NCBI GenBank assembly: GCA_004298505.1 | Contig: SCRO01000023.1 | Coordinates: 9,033 to 73,032 of the forward strand | Origin: Rhodanobacter sp. | GTDB lineage: Bacteria; Pseudomonadota; Gammaproteobacteria; Xanthomonadales; Rhodanobacteraceae | Direction of reading: 5' to 3' | Length of the DNA stretch: 64,000 nt | Shown: piece after piece, positions 1 through 7,287 of the stretch | How positions within the stretch are numbered: the stretch's first letter is position 1 | Layout of the letters: every line of letters begins with the position of its first letter | Translations under genes and position numbers: made by a program | The notes under the pieces: model-generated | The model's input: only the letters and a program-made list of their open reading frames with translations | What the model was told of the DNA's origin: nothing | The model's database searches: none

Positions 1-56
1 CGCTTAAAATCCCTCACCCTCACGGGTATCCCGGTTCGATCCCGGGTCCGGCACCA
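1..56 (+). tRNA. 3' part of tRNA-Leu(UAA), truncated or damaged; possibly an att-site remnant
   Basis: CTTAAAA anticodon loop (3-9), long variable arm ACCC-tcac-GGGT, T arm CCCGG-TTCGATC-CCGGG, ends ACCA (53-56). Only 6 nt lie between T stem and discriminator (7 expected). The 5' half is outside the window. Confidence 0.75.
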
Positions 57-87
57 TACGGAACGGGATGTCACCCCGCTCGATTCG

Positions 88-290
88 TTTCGGGCTTTCG
101 GGCACGTCGACGGGTGCCCCTTCGGGGTCCGCCGAGACAAGACGCGCGGGCGCATACTCAGCCGGGAAGCGTCGTGAGACACGATCTGGCGCTGAGCTAT
201 TCCGTAGCGAAAGAGCTGATGTGGCAAAACTAGACTTACCCGAGCTTCATCAGGGTAAATCTAGCCACACGACTTCACGAAGGCCCAAAA
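88..290 (+). ncRNA. Candidate structured non-coding RNA, family unassigned
   Basis: Closing 9-bp helix 92-100/278-286; internal stems 101-105/114-118, 157-196 and 220-269; G.U pairs favour the + strand; no credible ORF. Confidence 0.5.
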
Positions 291-305
291 TTTATTGGAG
301 GCAGG

Positions 306-1229
306 ATGAAAGCGGCATTCTTCATGAAAAACGGCGGACCGGAGGTGATGCAGTATGGCGATGTTCCGGATCCGGTTGCCGGACCCGGCCAGGTGCTGGT
401 CGACGTGCATGCTGCGAGCGTCAACGCTGCAGATTGGAAGGTGCGCGCCGGGAGCTATGCGCCGATCACCGAGTTTCCGTATGTTCCGGGGCGCGATTTT
501 TCCGGCATCGTCAGTGCACTTGGTGCCGGCGTGACGGATTTGGCCGTCGGCGACGCAGTCTTCGGCGTCTGTGACGTCGGCCAGGAAGCCGCGTACGCGG
601 AGAAGCTCGCGATCAAGTCGGCGATCGTGGCGAGAAAACCGGACAGCCTGTCGCACGTGGAATGCGCGGCGCTCGCGCTGACCGGTATCACCGCGCTCTG
701 CGCAATCGAGGACACGCTGCAGCTGAAGTCCGGCGAAACGATTCTGATCCAGGGCGGCGCGGGCGGCGTCGCGAGCTTTGCGATCCAGGTCGCCAAACAC
801 ATCGGGGCGCGCGTAATCACCAGCGCCAGCGCGGCGAATCACGATTACCTGCGCGGTCTCGGTGCCGACCAGATCATCGACTACCACAAGCAGGACGTCA
901 CGAAAGTGGTGTCCGGCTGCGACGCGATGTTCGATACCGTCGGCGGCGACGTTGCGATGCGCTCGTTCGCCGTGCTGCGGCCAGGCGGACGGGCGGCGTT
1001 TATCGCCTCGGGGAATACAGCGCCGGTTTCGCCGCGCGCCGACGTCAAATCGCTGCGGCCGAAAGTCGGGCGCGACCGCGCGCATCTCGAGCGCATCCTC
1101 GCCCTGGTCGCCGCAGGTGTCGTCCATATTCCGGAGATCACGCTCTATGCACTGAAGCACGCCGCAGCGGCGCACCGGGTGAGCGAAGGGCGCCATCTGC
1201 GCGGGAAACTCGTGTTCAAGGTGCGCTGA
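306..1229 (+). CDS. NADP-dependent oxidoreductase, MDR/quinone-oxidoreductase-like (zinc-independent alcohol dehydrogenase fold)
   Basis: GGAGG RBS at 297-301; GGPEV...VHAASVNAADWK...PGRDFSG N-terminus, GGAGGVA nucleotide-binding motif, RGKLV C-terminus. Confidence 0.9.
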   Translation: MKAAFFMKNGGPEVMQYGDVPDPVAGPGQVLVDVHAASVNAADWKVRAGSYAPITEFPYVPGRDFSGIVSALGAGVTDLAVGDAVFGVCDVGQEAAYAEKLAIKSAIVARKPDSLSHVECAALALTGITALCAIEDTLQLKSGETILIQGGAGGVASFAIQVAKHIGARVITSASAANHDYLRGLGADQIIDYHKQDVTKVVSGCDAMFDTVGGDVAMRSFAVLRPGGRAAFIASGNTAPVSPRADVKSLRPKVGRDRAHLERILALVAAGVVHIPEITLYALKHAAAAHRVSEGRHLRGKLVFKVR

Positions 1230-1391
1230 TATAACGATTGCAATGAGCACCATCGCGGCGCTGCTCTCCGTGGCCGAGATTGGCAATGCGCGCGGCGGGG
1301 GCGGCATCATTGCCCGATACGGCTGCGTACGCGCCGAAGACACGCATTATCCTGCGGGCAACGGCACACATACTGCCCCGGCACCACCCAA

Positions 1392-1434
1392 TCCGCCAAA
1401 AAAAACCCGCCAGCGGCGGGTTTTTTTTGGCGGA
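1392..1434. terminator. Bidirectional intrinsic terminator
   Basis: Perfect 20-bp arms TCCGCCAAAAAAAACCCGCC / GGCGGGTTTTTTTTGGCGGA with a 3-nt loop, between the convergent oxidoreductase and tRNA-Cys. Confidence 0.85.
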
Positions 1435-1452
1435 CGGCAGCCGCTTGTGCAA

Positions 1453-1526
1453 TGGAGGCCTAGGTCGGAATCGAACCGGCGTACGCGGATTTGCAGTCCG
1501 CTGCATGACCACTCTGCCACCAGGCC
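1453..1526 (-). tRNA. tRNA-Cys(GCA)
   Basis: Reverse complement GGCCTGGTGGCAGAGTGGTCATGCAGCGGACTGCAAATCCGCGTACGCCGGTTCGATTCCGACCTAGGCCTCCA; cloverleaf with encoded CCA. Confidence 0.97.
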
Positions 1527-1569
1527 ATTGCTTGATGCATCACGACCAACATGATCGCAGGTTTCCATA

Positions 1570-1598
1570 CAACAAAACCCCGGTGGACCGAGGTTTTG
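1570..1598 (-). terminator. Terminator-like hairpin between tRNA-Gly and tRNA-Cys
   Basis: Minus strand CAAAACCTCGG-tcca-CCGGGGTTTTG followed by TTG. Confidence 0.55.
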
Positions 1599-1607
1599 CA
1601 CGAATCC

Positions 1608-1683
<76 letters not shown>

Positions 1684-1696
1684 ATCGGAGCCGCGA

Positions 1697-1724
1697 ATAA
1701 TAGCAGAACCTGGTCGCCTGTGAA
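1697..1724 (-). promoter_or_regulatory. Sigma70-type promoter for tRNA-Gly/Cys
   Basis: TTCACA-16 bp-TATTAT followed by a GC-rich discriminator just upstream of tRNA-Gly. Confidence 0.7.
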
Positions 1725-1737
1725 TAGCCCGAGCACA

Positions 1738-1909
1738 AATCGCCGCCGCGGCGGCGCACCGGGTTGCGGACAACTCCCACGCGACGGCCGCGAGGTACGT
1801 CGGTCGCAGTCCGAGTCGTGTATGAGCGCTTCCGCTGAGCGCGCCGGTTGCGTGGCGGCGTGCTACGCAACAAACTGCGTACCCGGGTGCGCCGGTCGCG
1901 GCGCCGATT
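1738..1909. repeat. Imperfect long inverted-repeat element (MITE-like or hairpin)
   Basis: ~31-bp arms: 1738-1768 AATCGCCGCCGCGGCGGCGCACCGGGTTGCG versus reverse complement of 1878-1909 AATCGGCGCCGCGACCGGCGCACCCGGGTACG. Confidence 0.55.
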
Positions 1910-1911
1910 CC

Positions 1912-2346
1912 ATGGAGGCACGCTTGACTACGCGAGAAGAGATCGCCGAGTTCCTCGTCACAGCTTTTCCGCAGACCATGTGCCAAGTCGTGGAAGCGGC
2001 GAATGGCGCCTCGGTCGTCTCGCGCGAGATCAGCCGTGCGGACTTGCGCCCCGGCGGAACCGTATCCGGTCCCGTGCTGATGGCGGTCGCCGACGTCGCG
2101 CTGTACGTCGCGACCTTGAGCGTCATCGGCATCGTGCCGCTGACGGTCACGACCAGTCTCAACATAAACTTTCTGCGCAAACCGTCGTCCGAGGCGCGCA
2201 TCCTGGGCAAATGCCGGTTGATCAAAGTCGGCAAGGCGCTCGCGGTAGGCGAAGTTGCCTTGTACTCGGAAGACGGGCCGGAGATGGTTGCACACGCCGT
2301 AGGCACCTACTCCATTCCGCCCCGCCGCCAGGCCGGGGAGCCATGA
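1912..2346 (+). CDS. PaaI-family (hotdog-fold) thioesterase
   Basis: LRPGGTVSGPVLMAVADVALY and TTSLNINFLRKP hotdog motifs. The true start may be TTG at 1924, which has GGAGG 5 nt upstream. Confidence 0.88.
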   Translation: MEARLTTREEIAEFLVTAFPQTMCQVVEAANGASVVSREISRADLRPGGTVSGPVLMAVADVALYVATLSVIGIVPLTVTTSLNINFLRKPSSEARILGKCRLIKVGKALAVGEVALYSEDGPEMVAHAVGTYSIPPRRQAGEP

Positions 2347-2361
2347 TCGTCACCTGTAGCA

Positions 2362-2509
2362 TGGGACACGATGCCACCCGGCTGCTGGCCGAGGCTGGCG
2401 AGACGCCGGCCGGGAAGCAGAATCCACGTGAATACGCAGACGATTCTTCGCGTATCCGCAAAACTCATTCAATTCTCTCCGCTGCCCAGCAGCCGATGGC
2501 AGATGCCCA
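2362..2509. repeat. Imperfect inverted-repeat element
   Basis: CGGCTGCTGG (2379-2388) / CCAGCAGCCG (2486-2495) perfect 10 bp, extended by TGCCA/TGGCA and TGGG/CCCA; AT-richer core. Confidence 0.45.
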
Positions 2510-2569
2510 GGTCGCCGAATTCCGGGCCGTGTCATCGCAGAGGGCGATGCCCGATGGGCCTGACATCGT

Positions 2570-3181
2570 TCAGAGCGGGTCGTCCTCTGTTGGCTTCTTC
2601 GGCGTGTCGCCGCGCAGCATGGGCCAGGCGGCGCGGAGATAGTAGAGGCCCGACCAGATGGTAAGAATACCGGCGATCACCAAAAGGCCCTCGCCAATAT
2701 GATACAGGCGCAGTGCGGTGGCCTCTTTCTCGTGCTGCACGATCAACACGACCAGCGCGACCATCTGCATCACGGTCTTGAGCTTGCCGATCATGGCGAC
2801 TTTGACGGTGGCACTCATGCCGATTTCGGCCATCCATTCGCGCAACGCCGACACGCTGATCTCGCGGCCCACGATGATCGCCGCGGTGACCGCCATCACG
2901 ATGCCGGGCCAGCCTGCACTGGGATGCGACTGCACCAGCAGGAACAAGGTCACCGCCACCATCAGCTTGTCGGCGACCGGGTCGAGGAAGGCGCCGAACG
3001 CCGAGGTCAGGTTCATGCGCCGGGCCAGGTAACCATCCAGCCAGTCGGTGATCGCCGCCAGCACGAACACGATCGCGGCGGCGATGTTGTGGCCGTCAAA
3101 CGGCAGGTAGAAGACCACCACCATCACCGGCAACAGGGCAACGCGGAATAAAGTCAGCCAGGTTGGCAAGTTGATGCGCAT
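2570..3181 (-). CDS. pgsA: CDP-diacylglycerol--glycerol-3-phosphate 3-phosphatidyltransferase
   Basis: NLPTWLTLFR start; TDWLDGYLARR...GAFLDPVADK CDP-alcohol phosphotransferase motif; downstream of uvrC. Confidence 0.97.
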   Translation of the reverse strand: MRINLPTWLTLFRVALLPVMVVVFYLPFDGHNIAAAIVFVLAAITDWLDGYLARRMNLTSAFGAFLDPVADKLMVAVTLFLLVQSHPSAGWPGIVMAVTAAIIVGREISVSALREWMAEIGMSATVKVAMIGKLKTVMQMVALVVLIVQHEKEATALRLYHIGEGLLVIAGILTIWSGLYYLRAAWPMLRGDTPKKPTEDDPL

Positions 3182-3253
3182 GATTCGTTCCGATGATTTG
3201 TCGCAGTTTCGCACGTCGGCGCGCTGCTGCCACGCCATGCCGTGCGCCAGCGC

Positions 3254-5095
3254 TCAGCCATGCAGGCTCGCGTAGATGCGTTCGGCGAGGCCATGATCGA
3301 TACCTTTCACCTGCATCAGCTCTTCCACGCCGGCCGTCTCGATGCCCTGCATGCCGCCGAACGCCTTGAGCAGGGCCGAACGACGGCGTGCGCCGATACC
3401 GGGAATATCCTCGAGCACGCTCCGCGTGCGGGCCTTCTCGCGTCGATTGCGGTGGCCGCTGATCGCGAAGCGGTGTGCTTCGTCGCGTACCGCAGCCACC
3501 AGGTGCAGCGTCGGCGATGACGTGCCCGGATGCAACTCGCGACCCGAGCTGCCTGGTTCGAGTCGGGCCAATACAAGGGTTTCCTCGCCTACTCGTCGTC
3601 CCGGTCCCTTGGCAACGCCGACCACTTCGATGCCGTCGATGCCCAGCTCGCGCAACACGCCGACGGCTTGCGCCACCTGGCCGCTGCCGCCGTCGATCAA
3701 CAAGAGGTCCGGACGGGCGCCCTCGCCCTCGGCAAGCCTGCGAAAACGCCGGGTCAAGGCCTGGTGCATGGCGGCGTAGTCGTCGCCCGGCGTGATCCCG
3801 GTGATGTTGAAGCGGCGATAATGGGACTTTTCGGGTCCCTCCGGCCCGAACACCACGCATGAGGCAACGGTCAGCTCGCCCATGGTGTGGCTGATGTCGA
3901 AACACTCGATGCGTCGAGGCATGGTGGCCAGGCCAAGCACCTTTTGCAGGTCGTCGAAACGGGTTCGCAAGGTCTGCCGGCTGGCCAGTCGTGCGGTCAG
4001 CGAGGCCTGTGCGTTGCGCTCGGCCATCTGCAGGAATTGCGCGCGGTCGCCGCGCACGCTTGATTTCAAATCCACCGCGTGCCCGGCGTGCTGGCTGAGT
4101 ACCTCGGCGAGAAGGCCCTGGTCGGCCAGCAGCTCACCCAGGATCAATTCGCGTGGCACCGGTCGGTCGAGGTAGTACTGTGCGATGAACTGCGCCAGCA
4201 CATCGGCCGGCGTCGCATCCAGCGGCAGGCGCGGAAAGAAATCCCGTGTGCCGAGGCTGATCCCGTTGCGGAAGAACAACACGCTCACACAGGTCAGGCC
4301 TGCCTCGATCCGGCAAGCGATGACATCCATGTCGGCGGTGGCTCCCTGTACATGGTTTTGCGCCCGCAATTGGCGCAAGGCGGCCACCTGGTCGCGCAAC
4401 TTTGCCGCACGCTCGAACTGCAGCACCTTGCTGGCCTGCTCCATCGCCTCGGCGAGCTCGTCGATCACCGCGTCGCTGTGCCCTTCCAGAAACATCTCCA
4501 CGTGGCGCACGTCCTCGCGATAATCCTTCACGTCGATCATGCCCGCGCACGGCGCACTGCAGCGGCCAATCTGGTAGAGCATGCACGGCCGGTTGGGGTG
4601 ACGCCAACAATCGTCGACGCACTGGCGCACCTTGAACAGCTTCTGCATCAGGTTGAGGCTTTCGCGCACTGCGTGGGCGCTCGGATATGGTCCGAAATAG
4701 CGCCCCGGCAGATTCTTCGCGCCACGGTGAAACGCGAGTCGCGGAAAGTCCTCGCCACTGGACAGATAGATATAGGGGTAGCTCTTGTCGTCACGCAGCA
4801 GGATGTTGTAACGCGGCTTGAGCGACTTGATCAGCTGCGATTCCAACAGCAGCGCCTCGCCTTCGGTGCGCGTCACGGTGATCTCGACGCGGGCGATCTG
4901 CGCCACCATGGCCGCAATGCGCGGTTCCATGCGTGGCTTCAGGAAGTAGCTACCGACACGCTTCCTGAGGTTGCCAGCCTTGCCCACATAGAGCAGCTCG
5001 CCCGCCGCGTCGAAGTGACGATAGACGCCAGGCGAGGTGGTAAGCGTGCGGACGAAGGCCTTGCCGTCGAAAGGGAGCGGTTGCGCGGACTGCAT
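3254..5095 (-). CDS. uvrC: Excinuclease ABC subunit C
   Basis: GIY-YIG (PGVY...LYVGKA), Cys-rich region, RIECFDISH, PDLLLIDGG, C-terminal HhH. Confidence 0.98.
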   Translation of the reverse strand: MQSAQPLPFDGKAFVRTLTTSPGVYRHFDAAGELLYVGKAGNLRKRVGSYFLKPRMEPRIAAMVAQIARVEITVTRTEGEALLLESQLIKSLKPRYNILLRDDKSYPYIYLSSGEDFPRLAFHRGAKNLPGRYFGPYPSAHAVRESLNLMQKLFKVRQCVDDCWRHPNRPCMLYQIGRCSAPCAGMIDVKDYREDVRHVEMFLEGHSDAVIDELAEAMEQASKVLQFERAAKLRDQVAALRQLRAQNHVQGATADMDVIACRIEAGLTCVSVLFFRNGISLGTRDFFPRLPLDATPADVLAQFIAQYYLDRPVPRELILGELLADQGLLAEVLSQHAGHAVDLKSSVRGDRAQFLQMAERNAQASLTARLASRQTLRTRFDDLQKVLGLATMPRRIECFDISHTMGELTVASCVVFGPEGPEKSHYRRFNITGITPGDDYAAMHQALTRRFRRLAEGEGARPDLLLIDGGSGQVAQAVGVLRELGIDGIEVVGVAKGPGRRVGEETLVLARLEPGSSGRELHPGTSSPTLHLVAAVRDEAHRFAISGHRNRREKARTRSVLEDIPGIGARRRSALLKAFGGMQGIETAGVEELMQVKGIDHGLAERIYASLHG

Positions 5096-5133
5096 GACAT
5101 CATTCTAGCGGCGATGATGCTTGCAGTTGGGGC

Positions 5134-5913
5134 TTATTCGTTCGTGCGCAACCATTGTTCGGCGCGTTCCAGATCCGCTTCGGTGTCGATGCCGGGCGGA
5201 AATGGCTCGGGTGTGAGCCGCACCGCGATGGCATGGCCGTGTTCGAGTACGCGCAACTGTTCCAGCGATTCGGTCTGTTCCAGCGGTGTACGCGCCAACT
5301 GGGCGTAGTGGCCCAGGAAGCCTGCGCGATAGGCATAGATGCCAATGTGGCGCAGGAACGGCGTGCTGGACGGCAAGGTCTGCCGGTCGCCGACAAACGC
5401 ATCACGCGCCCATGGCACCGGCGCGCGGCTGAAATAGAGTGCTCGCCCGTTCGCTGCACGCACCAGCTTCACCACGTTTGGATCGAACAACTCCTCGACG
5501 TCGATGATCGGCGTGGCGAGGGTGGCCATCGGAGCCTCGTCGCCCGCCAGCGCCTGCGCCGCCGCGCGGATGCCCGCTGCCGGCGCGAATGGCTCGTCGC
5601 CTTGCAGGTTCACCAGGATACTGTCGTCGCTCCAGCCGTAGTGCTGCGCACATTCGGCCAGGCGGTCGCTACCGGAGGCGTGATCGCGCCGGGTCATGCA
5701 GATGTCCATGCCGGCCTGCCCCGACAACGCATCGGCGACCCGCTGATCGTCCACGGCCACCACCACCTGGCGGGCACCAGCCTTCAGCGCACGCTGCGCC
5801 ACCCGCACCACCATCGGCACACCGCCAATCTCGCGCAATGGCTTGGCCGGCAGGCGCGAGGAGCCGTAGCGGGCCGGGATCGCGACGATGAACGGTGGGA
5901 CCACATGCGGCAT
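5134..5913 (-). CDS. kdsB: 3-deoxy-manno-octulosonate cytidylyltransferase
   Basis: [40 protein letters not shown] motifs. Confidence 0.97.
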   Translation of the reverse strand: MPHVVPPFIVAIPARYGSSRLPAKPLREIGGVPMVVRVAQRALKAGARQVVVAVDDQRVADALSGQAGMDICMTRRDHASGSDRLAECAQHYGWSDDSILVNLQGDEPFAPAAGIRAAAQALAGDEAPMATLATPIIDVEELFDPNVVKLVRAANGRALYFSRAPVPWARDAFVGDRQTLPSSTPFLRHIGIYAYRAGFLGHYAQLARTPLEQTESLEQLRVLEHGHAIAVRLTPEPFPPGIDTEADLERAEQWLRTNE

Positions 5914-5976
5914 CTTTACATTCCTTGACGGAGTGCGGGATCTGGCCGCCACGATACAACGGGTGCGGCACCTGGT

Positions 5977-7287
5977 TCAGCCGCCATCCTGCAATACGAA
6001 ACCACAACCATTGGCGAGCTCGCGAAAGCCCGGAAACGAAGTGGCAACATGGCGACAATCGTTGATTCGCACCGGACCCGCGACGAGCAGGCCAGCTACC
6101 GCGAAGCTCATCGCGATGCGGTGATCGGCAAGGCTTTCCACCGTACCGGGCCCGATCGCCCCGCCATCGATGACCGCACCATCCGGGGTTTCCTCGATGG
6201 CCACGCCGAGCCTGCGCAGGCCTGCTGCCATGGTGGCGATGCGATCGGACTCCTTTACCCGCAACTCAGCCGCGCCACGGATGACGGTGCGCCCTGACGC
6301 GGCGGCAGCGGCAACAAACAACACCGGGAACTCGTCGATCATGTCCGGTACCAGGGCTTCGGGCAGTTCGATGCCATGCAGGGGGGCGTGTCGTACCACA
6401 AGATCGCCCACCGGCTCCCCCCCCGCCTCGCACCGGCGCTCTACCGTGATGTCTGCCCCCATCAGGCGCAACGCCTGCAGCAAACCCGTACGGCGTGCGT
6501 TGAGTCCCACTGCCGGCAGGCGCAGTTCGGAACCCTGCACGATGCTCGCCGCGACCAGGAAGAACGCTGCCGAGGAAAAATCCGCCGGCACCTGGATATC
6601 CGTCGCGTGCAGCCGATGGCCGCCTTCGAGCCGAGCCCGACCCGGTTCAAATTCGATCGGCCAGCCGAAGGCAGCCAGCATGCGCTCGGTATAGTCGCGG
6701 GTTGGGTGCGGCTCGATGACCTCGGTGGTGCCGCTGGCGTACAGGCCAGCCAGCAGCAGCGCGGACTTCACCTGGGCACTGGCGACCGGCAGCCGGTAAT
6801 GGATGCCGTGCAGTGCGGCGCCACCGTGAAGGCGCAATGGCGGCATGCCCTCGTGCGTGTCGATGCGCGCGCCCATATGCGCCAGCGGATCGGTGACGCG
6901 GCGCATCGGACGCCTGGATAACGAAGGATCACCCACCAGCGCGCTGTCGAATGCCTGCCCGGCAAGCAAGCCGGCGAGCAGGCGCATACCGGTGCCGGCA
7001 TTGCCGCAATCCAGTGGCTGCGTCGACCCGCGCAGGCCGCGCAGCCCGACGCCGTGCACGACGCGCTCGCCTTGCGACGGCACATCAATGCGTACCCCGA
7101 GCTGCGCCAGTACCGCGGCAGTGGCACGCGTATCCTCGCCCTCCAGGAAGCCACGGATGCGGGAACTCCCCTCGGCGATGGCGGCCAGCATCAACGCCCG
7201 ATGCGAGATCGACTTGTCGCCTGGAACACGCACGATACCGCGCAGCGGGCCACCAGCACGACTACTCCAGTCCAGTCTTTCGTTCAA
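5977..7287 (-). CDS. aroA: 3-phosphoshikimate 1-carboxyvinyltransferase
   Basis: PGDKSISHR, DCGNAGT, SAQVKSA, RVKESDR, DHRIAM; TTG start overlaps the pheA stop. Confidence 0.97.
   Translation of the reverse strand: MNERLDWSSRAGGPLRGIVRVPGDKSISHRALMLAAIAEGSSRIRGFLEGEDTRATAAVLAQLGVRIDVPSQGERVVHGVGLRGLRGSTQPLDCGNAGTGMRLLAGLLAGQAFDSALVGDPSLSRRPMRRVTDPLAHMGARIDTHEGMPPLRLHGGAALHGIHYRLPVASAQVKSALLLAGLYASGTTEVIEPHPTRDYTERMLAAFGWPIEFEPGRARLEGGHRLHATDIQVPADFSSAAFFLVAASIVQGSELRLPAVGLNARRTGLLQALRLMGADITVERRCEAGGEPVGDLVVRHAPLHGIELPEALVPDMIDEFPVLFVAAAAASGRTVIRGAAELRVKESDRIATMAAGLRRLGVAIEETPDGAVIDGGAIGPGTVESLADHRIAMSFAVAGLLVAGPVRINDCRHVATSFPGFRELANGCGFVLQDGG

Noticed and set aside
195-270. c-di-GMP-I riboswitch (GAAA loop and GGCAAAAC)
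   Set aside because: Lacks the 5' GGCAAAC and GACGCAAAGC arrangement; order and pairing do not fit.
157-270. Group I intron core or hammerhead (GCCGGGAA, TTCCGTAGC, ACTAGAC; CTGATGA on the minus strand)
   Set aside because: No P7 GACUA/UAGUC pair and only a 4-bp P4. The hammerhead stem II-GAAA closure cannot be built.
88-290. Functional retron
   Set aside because: The architecture is reminiscent of one, but no reverse transcriptase is present in the window; kept only as a hypothesis.
68-574. 168-aa ORF across the RNA candidate
   Set aside because: Low-complexity Arg/Ser-rich translation, overlaps the real oxidoreductase out of frame, no RBS.
261-1343. 360-aa antisense ORF
   Set aside because: Codon-register shadow of the oxidoreductase, typical of high-GC genes.
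1453-1526. tRNA-Cys pseudogene (one C.A mismatch in the T stem)
   Set aside because: A single mismatch; acceptor, D and anticodon arms and CCA are intact.
2347-2569. Integron attC site
   Set aside because: No RYYYAAC/GTTRRRY core pair at the ends and no integrase in the window.
2343-2642. ORF starting at the PaaI stop (MIVTCSMGHD...)
   Set aside because: No recognisable family, runs through the IR element and into the pgsA antisense.
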